Virus record (IMG/VR): IMGVR_UViG_3300033984_000473 | Coordinates: 91,393 to 155,392 of that record | Origin: a virus | Direction: 5' to 3' (one strand) | Length of the DNA stretch: 64,000 nt | Shown: positions 19,097 through 28,428 of the stretch, piece after piece | How the letters are laid out: each line of letters starts with the position of its first letter | How positions within the stretch are numbered: position 1 is the first letter of the stretch | Translations under genes and position numbers: made by a program | The notes under the pieces: generated by a model | Databases searched by the model: none | The model's input: the letters and a program-made list of their open reading frames with translations, nothing else | What the model was told of the DNA's origin: nothing

Positions 19097-19528
19097 CTAC
19101 CTAATAATAATTGAGTTATTTTTAGTTGTTACCATTTTATTATTGTCAGTCGTTATCGTAACGGTTAAAATATATTCACCTTTTTCAACATTTTCAAATA
19201 AAAAATTATAATTCTGTTTTAACCATTTGCAATTTTTGATGTTCTCATAAAATTCTTCACTATGGTTAGGTCTTGTAAACCCACTAAACGCAAAATAGTT
19301 ATCACCAACACTATATTGGACACCATCTATTTCCATAACCAAATCGTATTCTCTGGTTATCCTTACATTAAAATTTTTGTCATTGGTTGAGAACACCAAA
19401 CACTTAGGCGGTATTACAATAAGCATTGACTTGGTTTTTTGTTCATAGGTAAGTGTAACGTTTTCAACCGTAATTGATTGTCCGAAACACATGGTAGATA
19501 CCAGTAAAAAGAATAATAGCTTTTTCAT
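19097..19528 (-). CDS. secreted protein
   Basis: MKKLLFFLLVSTMCFGQ signal peptide; start trimmed to this Met. Confidence 0.5.
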   Translation of the reverse strand: MKKLLFFLLVSTMCFGQSITVENVTLTYEQKTKSMLIVIPPKCLVFSTNDKNFNVRITREYDLVMEIDGVQYSVGDNYFAFSGFTRPNHSEEFYENIKNCKWLKQNYNFLFENVEKGEYILTVTITTDNNKMVTTKNNSIIIR

Positions 19529-19529
19529 A

Positions 19530-20027
19530 TTAGATTTTTTTAGTTGCACCGTTAGCATCTGTAGCTATCATATAGCTATTCAACCTTGTTAACCATTTAT
19601 GGTTAGTTATGAAGTCACTTGCTCTGTTAAGACTTTTTGTTTTGAATAACAAATTATCTGTTTGGTCGTAAACTCTAAAGGTAAGACTTGATGTTGCATC
19701 AAATCTGTATTTGAAACGGTCTTCTTTGAAGTAATCATCACGATTACCTATTGCTTTCACTTTGATTGATGTGTAATCATCCCAGTTGGTTGATTGGTAG
19801 CCATCTTCGTTTGGTTCTTCCAAAGCATAGATACTAAGATAAGGTTTTTCACCTTTGGTATCTTCCCATGTAAAGTTGATATCCCATACTACATCGTTTT
19901 GGTCTTGGATTGAGTTCCAATTATCGTGTAAGTCACCCTCTCTTAGGTCAACTACGTGTTCTTCTCCGTTGAAGATAATTGTAAGTGTTTTAGTTTTGCA
20001 ATTTACAATGGCTGAATTCTTTTTCAT
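19530..20027 (-). CDS. hypothetical protein (165 aa)
   Basis: ORF in gene train. Confidence 0.5.
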   Translation of the reverse strand: MKKNSAIVNCKTKTLTIIFNGEEHVVDLREGDLHDNWNSIQDQNDVVWDINFTWEDTKGEKPYLSIYALEEPNEDGYQSTNWDDYTSIKVKAIGNRDDYFKEDRFKYRFDATSSLTFRVYDQTDNLLFKTKSLNRASDFITNHKWLTRLNSYMIATDANGATKKI

Positions 20028-20086
20028 AATTATTGGTTTATGTTAATGATGATACAAAGGTAAGAATAATATTTTAGATAACCTAA

Positions 20087-20395
20087 TTAATTCTTAGAAA
20101 TATTTAACTCAATACCCATTGAAGTCATTAGGGTTTCAAAAGAGTTGATTTCAAAATAATCTAAAGCATCTTTAAATGTTAGTATATTTAAAGCCAAATA
20201 CCGTAATTGTCTATCAATTGATGCTTTGATTGTTCTTTCTGGAACACTGGTTAAGTTAGATAGTGCATATTTTTCATATGTTAATTCACTTGAAACTTCT
20301 TCCAAGTTGATTATCATTTCTAATGTTTTAGAATAATTTAGTTTAGTAATAACTTCTTCGAGTGTGAAAAGTTTAGTATTAACGTTGATTGCCAT
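20087..20395 (-). CDS. hypothetical protein (102 aa)
   Basis: ORF with upstream promoter element. Confidence 0.5.
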   Translation of the reverse strand: MAINVNTKLFTLEEVITKLNYSKTLEMIINLEEVSSELTYEKYALSNLTSVPERTIKASIDRQLRYLALNILTFKDALDYFEINSFETLMTSMGIELNISKN

Positions 20396-20452
20396 AATTT
20401 ATATTGATTAGAATACAAAGGTACATATAAATATTGATATATCCTAATTTTA

Positions 20453-20478
20453 TATAAAAAAAGGGTAGACTAGCTACC
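20453..20478 (-). terminator. rho-independent terminator
   Basis: Hairpin GGGTAG-ACTAG-CTACCC followed on the minus strand by T7. Confidence 0.6.
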
Positions 20479-20660
20479 CATTTCTCCAATATACAAGAAC
20501 CACCAAGTATATTTATCACTAACATAAAACTAATACCATACTAGTATAGTTATTATAGTTAGTTATTTATATATTATTTATTATATTTTATTATTATAAT
20601 ACAAAGGTACGGATTTTTTAGGACAATTTCAAGTAAATTTACTTTTATTTTTATTAAATT

Positions 20661-21281
20661 TTAGATATTATCGTAATTAAGTGGTTCATCAAGTCTTAAA
20701 CGGTTAGGTGAATCGTTATAATCACCCAACTTTAGTACTTTATTTACCCAATCTTTGTCTTTATTAACGATAGAATTACCTTTTATACACCCAAATACGA
20801 AAAGTAGTAGTACAAATCCAAATAAATATGCTAACTTGCTATGATAATTTTCAATTTTTTCATTTATCCAATAAAATAATGGTCTTCCAAACAACATCAA
20901 CCCACTAATTGTAATCAAAACACCTAGATTTATAGATACCAATAGGTTAATGAACCAATAACACCCTGTTCCAGTGTCACCATTACAGATAAAACTTAAT
21001 AATAGTAGTATTAACCACCCATGGTAACAATCATATAGGAAGTACCCACTAAATATGATACCTAATACATATAGCATATTAAACCTACCATTGAAAGATA
21101 GTATTGATACCAATAAAACAATAGGTGCTACAAATCCAGAGAACAACGCACCGAACAATAGATATACAAAGAAATTAGCAGAAGCTATATTTGCATACGT
21201 TGAGAAATCATATTCGTTGGCAGTAAACTTACTACCATCAGCGTTCGTGCCTTTAAAGACACTCTTTGGAAATATATTCAT
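20661..21281 (-). CDS. integral membrane protein (206 aa)
   Basis: Multiple hydrophobic helices. Confidence 0.5.
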   Translation of the reverse strand: MNIFPKSVFKGTNADGSKFTANEYDFSTYANIASANFFVYLLFGALFSGFVAPIVLLVSILSFNGRFNMLYVLGIIFSGYFLYDCYHGWLILLLLSFICNGDTGTGCYWFINLLVSINLGVLITISGLMLFGRPLFYWINEKIENYHSKLAYLFGFVLLLFVFGCIKGNSIVNKDKDWVNKVLKLGDYNDSPNRLRLDEPLNYDNI

Positions 21282-21291
21282 AGTTTTGTTT

Positions 21292-21510
21292 TTATAGTTC
21301 GTCTATCGAATCCAAATAAATGATTGTATCATTCACTGTAATGTACTCTCTATCTTCCATTTCGGAATCATACCATACTTGAAACCAACCCAACGTACAT
21401 GGTTCACTTAAATCATCATAAAGACAAACAACATCACCCTTATGCTCGAAGAATAAGTTTTCTTCGCTTGAAAAATCTGCGTACTCGATTACTTTTATTG
21501 TGTTTGACAT
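21292..21510 (-). CDS. hypothetical protein (72 aa)
   Basis: ORF in gene train. Confidence 0.4.
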   Translation of the reverse strand: MSNTIKVIEYADFSSEENLFFEHKGDVVCLYDDLSEPCTLGWFQVWYDSEMEDREYITVNDTIIYLDSIDEL

Positions 21511-21522
21511 GGCTTTTGGTTT

Positions 21523-21861
21523 TTAGTTATAGTTAAAGGTATTTGCAACTTCATTCATTCTGGCGTAAGCACGTTCAAGGTTTCCAAATGAACCCACACT
21601 AGCAGTTTCATCTTTCAAGTCTTTGTAGACTTCCGTACCATCAGCAAATTCAGTACATTCTTCAACTACAAGCCAAACCTTGTATGTTTTTTTAACCACT
21701 AGGGTTGATAAATGGTCACGTAGTGCTTGGAAGCAAAGAGTTCCACCAGTACATTCACCAGTTTTGATATTGATTTTACCGTAAGATTTCGTGTTGTCTT
21801 CGGCATCAAAGGCTACAATGTTGTTACCTTTCTTTTTAAATTTAAACTTTAATTCTGACAT
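21523..21861 (-). CDS. hypothetical protein (112 aa)
   Basis: ORF with upstream promoter element. Confidence 0.5.
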   Translation of the reverse strand: MSELKFKFKKKGNNIVAFDAEDNTKSYGKINIKTGECTGGTLCFQALRDHLSTLVVKKTYKVWLVVEECTEFADGTEVYKDLKDETASVGSFGNLERAYARMNEVANTFNYN

Positions 21862-21939
21862 GACTTTTGGTTTTTATTAATGATTAGAGTACAAAGGTAA
21901 GGAATGTTTTTGACATATCCTAATTTTATTAAATATTTT

Positions 21940-22335
21940 TTATTCAGTTTCAAATCCTTCGTAGTATTCGATTTCTTCTAAAAATTCTTCACAAGTGAAT
22001 GTATTAGATACCTTATCCCAAACGATTATCCCATCAACCCAATCAACATACGCATCTTGGTCTTCGTGGTTAACAACGGCTCTAACAGCTTCAACAACTT
22101 CTTCGTCAGTATCTAACTCGCAAAGTAAATGACGTACTCTGGTGATTACATTCTGTTTTTCAGTTGGCACCACACCCATTCCAGATTGTGCGATTTCATC
22201 AACGTGGTCTTCTTCGACATACATCAAAGCATTGGCTTTCATTGTGTCACGTTCATCATCGTTGGTAGTAAAATTATCGATATAGTTTTCGATAATCATC
22301 AATTTAATCTCTTGTGTTTTTGTTAATTTTGACAT
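21940..22335 (-). CDS. acidic hypothetical protein (131 aa)
   Basis: ORF with upstream promoter element. Confidence 0.5.
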   Translation of the reverse strand: MSKLTKTQEIKLMIIENYIDNFTTNDDERDTMKANALMYVEEDHVDEIAQSGMGVVPTEKQNVITRVRHLLCELDTDEEVVEAVRAVVNHEDQDAYVDWVDGIIVWDKVSNTFTCEEFLEEIEYYEGFETE

Positions 22336-22425
22336 AGCTTTTGGTATTTGTTATTGATTAGAGTACAAAGGTAAGTAAAATCCTGGACACTTGCAAATTT
22401 TTGCCCAGGTTTTTTTAAATTATTT

Positions 22426-23058
22426 TTAGATGCACTTGATAATCCAGTGTTTATCACCTCTTTCCAATTCAAAAGTTTCTGGTGAATCATCCCAATCCAA
22501 GAATGTTTGAACACCCTCTCTTACATCACCTTCGCTAAATTTTAAGCTTAATGTAGTTGAATAAATCATTTCACCACTCGTTACATCAGAATGCAAGTAT
22601 TCATCACACAAGATATCGTAAACTTCGTCTGACTTATCATCATCAACTTCAACAGTTTCAAAATAGTTACAAAACTTTTCAAGACTAGCATAATCTTCTC
22701 TATGGATTCTTAGGTTGATATTCCAGTCGTCTTCGTGAGTCATTCTGGACTCGTTATCGTGATGATTTATACCATCGATAGAGAAAGACATGATTTCTTC
22801 TTTACAACGCAACCACGTGTCTAATTCAACACTAGCGTAAACATCAATATAGTTTTCGATGTCTTCATCTTCTGATTCTTCGTAAGGACATTCGGTATCA
22901 TCAACGATTTCATCAATGCTATCAAATGGAGAATCCATAAGATTTTCAGATAACTTTGGAACTGCAAGTTCCATTATCTCTTGTTCTGTTGCATCGATAT
23001 CAACAATTACTCTTGTTACCAACGATACTCTTACTAATTTTGCTACTTTTTTTGACAT
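22426..23058 (-). CDS. acidic hypothetical protein (210 aa)
   Basis: ORF with upstream promoter element. Confidence 0.5.
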   Translation of the reverse strand: MSKKVAKLVRVSLVTRVIVDIDATEQEIMELAVPKLSENLMDSPFDSIDEIVDDTECPYEESEDEDIENYIDVYASVELDTWLRCKEEIMSFSIDGINHHDNESRMTHEDDWNINLRIHREDYASLEKFCNYFETVEVDDDKSDEVYDILCDEYLHSDVTSGEMIYSTTLSLKFSEGDVREGVQTFLDWDDSPETFELERGDKHWIIKCI

Positions 23059-23133
23059 GACTTTTGGTTTTTGTTAGTGTTACTATTTTAATACCCGACA
23101 AAGGTAAAACAAATTTTTGATTTGTGCAAATTT

Positions 23134-23415
23134 TTATAGAACTTTTTTTGGTTGACCTGTTGGTTTACTATAACCATCTTTGGATTCAACAGCGTATATA
23201 CAAGGTTCTGTAATTTCAATACCTTCCATAACTTCAGTACCATCGTTGCCCCATGATTGGTAAAAGTAATCTCTAACATAACTTATAGATATTCTTTTAC
23301 CTATGGTATCAAATAATTCAACTACTTGCTTTTGAGAAGAAGCCATAATATAATATCGAGTTCCTTTATCTGACCCAAATTGACTCCAGTAACTAAATTG
23401 TTTTAATTTTTTCAT
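23134..23415 (-). CDS. hypothetical protein (~94 aa)
   Basis: Start moved to MKKLKQF; the ORF-track N-terminus reads through the promoter. Confidence 0.45.
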   Translation of the reverse strand: MKKLKQFSYWSQFGSDKGTRYYIMASSQKQVVELFDTIGKRISISYVRDYFYQSWGNDGTEVMEGIEITEPCIYAVESKDGYSKPTGQPKKVL

Positions 23416-23443
23416 AGTACAAAGGTAAACAAAAAAAATGACA

Positions 23444-23650
23444 CTACCTAACGATAATGTCATTATTTTTTCTATTTTCTTCTATTTGTTTCTTTTCCAA
23501 GCTTTTACGATAGCGTAACATTTTCTTACCATATTCATTTGCGAACACTGGGTCACCCATCCTTATAGGGTTATAGGTCGGAATCTTCATATCTGTCTTT
23601 TTTGTTCTTATAGTATTTCTTAGTCCCAATGTGGATACTAGGAAAACCAT
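23444..23650 (-). CDS. small basic protein (68 aa)
   Basis: ORF co-transcribed with the upstream gene (no promoter between). Confidence 0.4.
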   Translation of the reverse strand: MVFLVSTLGLRNTIRTKKTDMKIPTYNPIRMGDPVFANEYGKKMLRYRKSLEKKQIEENRKNNDIIVR

Positions 23651-23703
23651 TCATAAGAAATGCAAATGCTAAGATACATAATGGTATTGCGAATACTTCC
23701 ATA

Positions 23704-24330
23704 TTACTTTTTCTTTTTTAAAATTTCACTCAACTGTCTTTCAGCAATCGTAATCACCGATACTATCTTTCTACAATCTTCATCGGATAATAGATTTGTA
23801 CCACCAACCATGTCTTTTATACCTCTAGCAGATAAATTGACATAGATATTTTTCAAGTCGTTTACCTTTAACATAGCACGTTGAACTGGCTTTGCGTTTC
23901 CACCTTGTGCCAATATGTCTGCGTTAATCTTTTCCTTTCCGTATCTACGAGGAATATCACTTTCTTTCTTCACGGACACTTTGTCCTTGATAATGTCCTT
24001 GATAGGTTCTTCAACCACTTCTTCGATAACTTCAACGACTTCTGGTGTTACCATAGAAACATTGATAACCTTTCCATCTTCACTAGCCAAACGCAAGTAC
24101 TTATCGATTAATTCTTTCTTGGTAAGAATAATCATCTGGAAGATACTAGAAATCAAGTCTTTGGTTTCATCATTAAGTTTACCTTCTTTCTGTAGTTTAT
24201 ATAACATAGAGAAAGGTATGTTGATTTCACCGCTGAATATGTCACGTAAATCATCATCTTGTTCAATGATAGCCAGTGTGATTAGTTCATCATAATCTAA
24301 ATCACGTATTTTTTCTACTGTTGTTGCCAT
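23704..24330 (-). CDS. hypothetical protein (208 aa)
   Basis: ORF in gene train. Confidence 0.55.
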   Translation of the reverse strand: MATTVEKIRDLDYDELITLAIIEQDDDLRDIFSGEINIPFSMLYKLQKEGKLNDETKDLISSIFQMIILTKKELIDKYLRLASEDGKVINVSMVTPEVVEVIEEVVEEPIKDIIKDKVSVKKESDIPRRYGKEKINADILAQGGNAKPVQRAMLKVNDLKNIYVNLSARGIKDMVGGTNLLSDEDCRKIVSVITIAERQLSEILKKKK

Positions 24331-24332
24331 AC

Positions 24333-24686
24333 TTATACTTTTACTGCTCTTTCTTTAATCTCAATTAAAATTTCGTCATGCTTCGCCAATCGTTTATCGT
24401 TAGCCACCTTCAACGTTTTGATTGAGTTTCTAAGAGTATCACAAGTAGATGATAATATGATTACGTCTAACTTGTTAATTCTACGCTTTTCTAACAACGC
24501 TTGTAAGTATTTCAACTTCTCGTGTGACTTATAGGTAGCACCCAATTTCGTTCCTTCTAAGTTATGGTAAAATTCAGAGAGTTCGCAGTCAATTTTGCTT
24601 TGGTCTACTCTGGAAGCTTCTAATAATGCTTCAATGTTTTCGTACTCTTTAATAAAGTTGGTAACGATGGTAATTTGATTGCTCAT
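24333..24686 (-). CDS. hypothetical protein (117 aa)
   Basis: ORF with upstream promoter element. Confidence 0.5.
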   Translation of the reverse strand: MSNQITIVTNFIKEYENIEALLEASRVDQSKIDCELSEFYHNLEGTKLGATYKSHEKLKYLQALLEKRRINKLDVIILSSTCDTLRNSIKTLKVANDKRLAKHDEILIEIKERAVKV

Positions 24687-24750
24687 AATGGTAAGTGTTA
24701 ATGATTAGAATGCAAAGGTAAGAATAATATTTGAATATACCAAATAAATC

Positions 24751-25179
24751 CTAGAAAAAATCTTCGTCAAATGGTTGATTTAATAAACGTTCTCTTTCTG
24801 TTATAAATTCTTCTTTGGTAATTTCAACAAAATATCGGTCTTTACCAAGCATTATCTCTAACGCTGTTCGTCTAATATCGTTGGTATCTGAAAGCCAGTA
24901 ATCTTGTCTACAATCTTTAGTAGGTACAAAATCAGTATAGAATTGCTTTCCTCTCTCAACTTCAAAGAGTAAAAAAGTGGTTGAGTATTTTACAAGAATA
25001 CCAAATAGAATAACACCTCTAGCGAAAAAAGCACCATCATCATTTCTTTTGTAAAACTTATCTTGTGTTGGATATTTTAAGTTGATTGTTTCTCTAACTT
25101 CTTCAACAATTGTTTTTTTAGCTCTTGTAAGTAATTGAATTTCTTTTACCATTTTATTGTGTATTAAATTAAAAGACAA
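24751..25179 (-). CDS. hypothetical protein (142 aa)
   Basis: ORF with upstream promoter element. Confidence 0.5.
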   Translation of the reverse strand: MSFNLIHNKMVKEIQLLTRAKKTIVEEVRETINLKYPTQDKFYKRNDDGAFFARGVILFGILVKYSTTFLLFEVERGKQFYTDFVPTKDCRQDYWLSDTNDIRRTALEIMLGKDRYFVEITKEEFITERERLLNQPFDEDFF

Positions 25180-25225
25180 AGGTACATATAATATTTGAAC
25201 CTACCAAATAAAAAATGGTAAATTT

Positions 25226-25261
25226 TACTTGCATATTAAAAAAGTTTGTTATACCTTTGCA
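25226..25261 (+). promoter_or_regulatory. plus-strand Bacteroidetes-type promoter (cTTG-20nt-TACCTTTG)
   Basis: The only plus-oriented copy of the -7 TAnnTTTG element in the window; lies upstream of the HNH gene. Confidence 0.5.
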
Positions 25262-25345
25262 GAACTTACATAAAACTTGTAGTCTAACCAACTACAACCA
25301 AAGCCATGCGACCCAACACCAAATACGGTGATTGGGTTTACGTGT

Positions 25346-25373
25346 TGACTATTTTATTTTTTTAACTATATTT
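25346..25373 (+). promoter_or_regulatory. second plus-strand promoter (TTGAC-19nt-TATATTTG) abutting the HNH start
   Basis: -33 and -7 spacing fits; ATG 3-4 nt downstream (leaderless-type). Confidence 0.45.
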
Positions 25374-25377
25374 GTAT

Positions 25378-25827
25378 ATGACAAAAGAAGAAAAGTGTAA
25401 AATAGTTATAGATAAAGGTTTTACCTACAACCCAGAAACTGGAATTATTTATGGTGTTAGAGGTGGTGTTTTAAAAAATATGGACGGTAGAGGATATTTC
25501 GAAATAAACTTCAATTATGAAAAAAAGAGATATTATTTAAAAGGTCATATCTTTGCATGGTATTGGGTTAATAAGGAATGTGTTGAAGAAATAGACCATA
25601 TAAATAGAATACGTTCAGATAATAGAATCGATAATTTAAGAAGTGTGACTCGTGGTCAAAATATGTGGAACACTAAAGGTAAAGGTTTTTATTATCATAA
25701 AAATATAAAAAAATGGCACGTACAAATAACCGTAAATAATGTTAAAAAACACATTGGTTATTTTGATACTGAAGAAGAAGCTAATAAAATTTATAAACTA
25801 AATAAAAATCTATATCATTTAATTTAA
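25378..25827 (+). mobile_element. HNH homing endonuclease with AP2-like DNA-binding domain (free-standing)
   Basis: EIDHINRIRSDNRIDNLRSVTRGQNMWN (HNH) followed by GFYYHKNIKKWHVQITVNNVKKHIGYFDTEEEANKIY (AP2-like). Only plus-strand gene; own promoters and terminator. Confidence 0.8.
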
Positions 25828-25906
25828 GAAAATCGTTTATATCGGCAGTAATCACCGTTAACTAATAAAATGTTAAACTATGATAGAAAAAAAGATTCAG
25901 AAATAA

Positions 25907-25932
25907 AAAACCCCGAACAGTGTCGGGGTTAG
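25907..25932. terminator. bidirectional rho-independent terminator
   Basis: CCCCGA-ACAGTG-TCGGGG hairpin flanked by an A-run upstream and T-rich downstream. Confidence 0.65.
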
Positions 25933-25938
25933 TGTGTA

Positions 25939-26304
25939 TTAGTTATAAGCACCAGGATTCTTAGTTACCTTACTAAGAGCGGCTGCTTCTTTGGGTGAAA
26001 GATGTCTATCATTTCTACCGAAGATTTTCTGTGTGAATTTACCTCTCGCACTGGCATCTGTTGCTGAACCTAAGTTAGCGTCTTCAATGGCTTGAGAAAT
26101 CTTAAGGGATTTACCAGGACCAACTGCTTGTCTTATCTCAATGGTTTGAGTATCCACTTTCTTTTGTTCTTTTGGTGAAAGCTCACCATATTCTTTGCTA
26201 GTTTCCTCATCTTCAGATTTAGGCTCTTGCGTATTTTTACTTTTCTCTGCCAAGCGTTTGAATAAGTTCTCTCTCAAAGCTTGTTTTATAAATGTTTTTA
26301 TCAT
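25939..26304 (-). CDS. hypothetical protein (121 aa)
   Basis: ORF in gene train. Confidence 0.5.
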   Translation of the reverse strand: MIKTFIKQALRENLFKRLAEKSKNTQEPKSEDEETSKEYGELSPKEQKKVDTQTIEIRQAVGPGKSLKISQAIEDANLGSATDASARGKFTQKIFGRNDRHLSPKEAAALSKVTKNPGAYN

Positions 26305-26379
26305 GACGTATTTCTTTTAATATAAATATCTAGTTTTTCAATAAAAGACAACCTCTATGTACACAATTGTGTACATGAC

Positions 26380-26724
26380 TTATTCATTCATCCTTATTAT
26401 TTGCTCTAAGTCGTCCTTACTTAAAACCGCATTTATTTCATTGATACCCACTTCAACATCTTGTCCAGTTATTTCAAAAATCTTATATCGAATATCAGTA
26501 ATTCGGTTATTCAATTCAATTATCTTTTTATCGGCCCAGAAATCCCAAATATCTTGAAGTTCGTCATCCTCAATACCAAAAATAACTTTAAGGTTTTCGA
26601 ATACAGTTCTAAGATACACGTCTTTTTTCGTATATCTATCTTGTAACATGTAAGATGAGTACGTTGATAACGTAAAACGATATTGGTCGTCTAAGAATTT
26701 AGATACTATCTCCTTCATAATCAA
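26380..26724 (-). CDS. hypothetical protein (114 aa)
   Basis: ORF in gene train. Confidence 0.5.
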   Translation of the reverse strand: MIMKEIVSKFLDDQYRFTLSTYSSYMLQDRYTKKDVYLRTVFENLKVIFGIEDDELQDIWDFWADKKIIELNNRITDIRYKIFEITGQDVEVGINEINAVLSKDDLEQIIRMNE

Positions 26725-26995
26725 ATTTTAATTGTTTGGATTGTAATTTTAAGATTTCTTCGTTACATATTTCTTTGAAGGCTGCCGCTACTATTGTATC
26801 TTCAACACCAAATAATTTGTTCAATAAATTGTACACGTTGTAGTTATTAACTTCACACTTTTCCTCATAACTAAAAATACTAAAGCTTCTATATCCATTG
26901 GAAATGTCATCAGTAAATGGATATATCCTATAAACTTTATAATGCTTGCGAATATAAACCTTCACAAGCATTACGTTATGTTTTACAATGTCCAT
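26699..26995 (-). CDS. hypothetical protein (98 aa)
   Basis: ORF in gene train. Confidence 0.45.
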   Translation of the reverse strand: MDIVKHNVMLVKVYIRKHYKVYRIYPFTDDISNGYRSFSIFSYEEKCEVNNYNVYNLLNKLFGVEDTIVAAAFKEICNEEILKLQSKQLKFDYEGDSI

Positions 26996-27879
26996 TAGTT
27001 CATCTCATTGTATGCTAAATTTACTCTAGCATTTTGTCTTAATTTCTTAAGTGATTTTTCTTTGATTTGACGAGCCATCTCACGTGTGATGCCAACTTCA
27101 TCACCAATCTCTTTCAAGGTCATTGGTATCGCCCCATTCAACCCAAACAACGCTTCCATTACACGTTTATCTCTTGGTTTCAATATATCTAGACTAGCCG
27201 CAATCTCTGATTGGACATCTTGTTGATATAATAAATGGTCAGTAGCCTTATATGTTGAATCATCAGAGATTAAATCTGATAACATAGACCCAGAACCACC
27301 ATCATCAGTTCCAATAGTACGGTCCATTGAGTCCATGTTGTATGTATTCAAGACATCCAAGAACATAAAGTCCTCACTAGATATCTCGTTTCCAAACTCA
27401 CTTATCACTTCGTTGATGTCAACACTACGACCAGCTTTTTGTTCCAATTCTTGGATGTACTTATCCAACTTAGACAAGTTATTAACCTTGTTTGCTGGAA
27501 TACGAACCAACTTACCATATTTGGTAATGTGTTCCATAATGATTTTTCTAACCCACCATACAGCATATGAAATGAATTTGTAGCCCATGTCTGGTGTGAA
27601 CTTTTCAGCCGCCAATACCAACCCAATGTTACCTTCGTTAACCAAGTCTTCCAAGTGAACATTTTCTGTAGCATATTGCTTAGCAACCGATACTACGAAA
27701 CGTAGATTTCTACGTACCAATTCATCGATAGCCTTTCTATCGCCTTTACTAGCCTTTTCAGTACATATCTTTTCTTCTTCTGGTGTGAACATAGGAATAC
27801 ATGAAATGTCTTTCAAATACTGTTTAAACGATTCATTTTCCGTGTTCGTGTACTTCTGTGCAATTTTAAATTGTCTCAT
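26995..27879 (-). CDS. sigma-70 family RNA polymerase sigma factor
   Basis: Region 2 (NLRFVVSVAKQY...GNIGLVLAAEKF...YAVWWVRKII) and region 4 HTH (TLKEIGDEVGITREMARQIKEKSLKKLR). Confidence 0.85.
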   Translation of the reverse strand: MRQFKIAQKYTNTENESFKQYLKDISCIPMFTPEEEKICTEKASKGDRKAIDELVRRNLRFVVSVAKQYATENVHLEDLVNEGNIGLVLAAEKFTPDMGYKFISYAVWWVRKIIMEHITKYGKLVRIPANKVNNLSKLDKYIQELEQKAGRSVDINEVISEFGNEISSEDFMFLDVLNTYNMDSMDRTIGTDDGGSGSMLSDLISDDSTYKATDHLLYQQDVQSEIAASLDILKPRDKRVMEALFGLNGAIPMTLKEIGDEVGITREMARQIKEKSLKKLRQNARVNLAYNEMN

Positions 27880-27914
27880 AAAAAATTTTGGGGTTTAGTT
27901 GTTTATTGTTAAGT

Positions 27915-27949
27915 GCAAAGGTAGGAATAATATTACATATATCCTAATT
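27915..27949 (-). promoter_or_regulatory. promoter (-33 TTAG / -7 TACCTTTG) for the sigma factor gene
   Basis: Conserved element agtgcaaaggtaggaataatattacatatatcctaatt. Confidence 0.6.
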
Positions 27950-28391
27950 AATCTAAGTTTCTTTCAACTTCTCTTTTTAAGTCTTTCTCTTTCAAACTGT
28001 TGCGTTTGTCGTATAGGTGCTTACCTTTGGCAAGACCAATTTCCACTTTAATGAATCCAGTGTTCGATAGTATAATCTCTAAAGGTACAATAGTCAAGCC
28101 TTTTTGTGAAATACTTTCACGTAATTTGATTATTTCTTTCTTCTTCATAAGAAGTTTTCTATCCCTTAGTGGTTGATGGTTATAGTATTTACCACCTTCT
28201 TTGTGTTCAGTTACGTGCATTCCTTTGATGAAGATTTCATCATTGGTAATAAAACAATAGGCTTCTACTATAGAAACCTTGCTTGATTTTATTGATTTAA
28301 CCTCGGAACCTTGTAATTGAATACCAGCTATGTGCTTTTCGAGTATAATGTATTCAAAATATGCTCGTTTGTTTTTAGTTATTGATTTCAT
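27948..28391 (-). CDS. smpB: SsrA-binding protein SmpB
   Basis: RAYFEYIILEKHIAGIQLQGSEVKSIK...VEAYCFI...KLLMKKKEI...KGLTIVPLEI, typical SmpB sequence. Confidence 0.8.
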   Translation of the reverse strand: MKSITKNKRAYFEYIILEKHIAGIQLQGSEVKSIKSSKVSIVEAYCFITNDEIFIKGMHVTEHKEGGKYYNHQPLRDRKLLMKKKEIIKLRESISQKGLTIVPLEIILSNTGFIKVEIGLAKGKHLYDKRNSLKEKDLKREVERNLD

Positions 28392-28395
28392 TGTA

Positions 28396-28428
28396 CAAAG
28401 GTACGATTAAATTAGTTAATATCCTAGA
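28396..28428 (-). promoter_or_regulatory. promoter for smpB, leaderless type
   Basis: tgtacaaaggtacgattaaattagttaatatcctag; ATG 3 nt after the -7 box. Confidence 0.55.

Noticed and set aside
20480-20640. AT-rich low-complexity stretch with short ttatta/tattat repeats between the terminator and the next promoter
   Set aside because: I found no regular iteron periodicity or long inverted repeats by eye. Consistent with ordinary AT-rich intergenic spacer. Possible origin-like function cannot be judged without AT-skew or whole-genome context.
22323-22514. 63-aa minus-strand ORF spanning the intergenic region between 21940..22335 and 22426..23058
   Set aside because: It runs across a promoter element and overlaps both neighbours. 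Likely non-coding.
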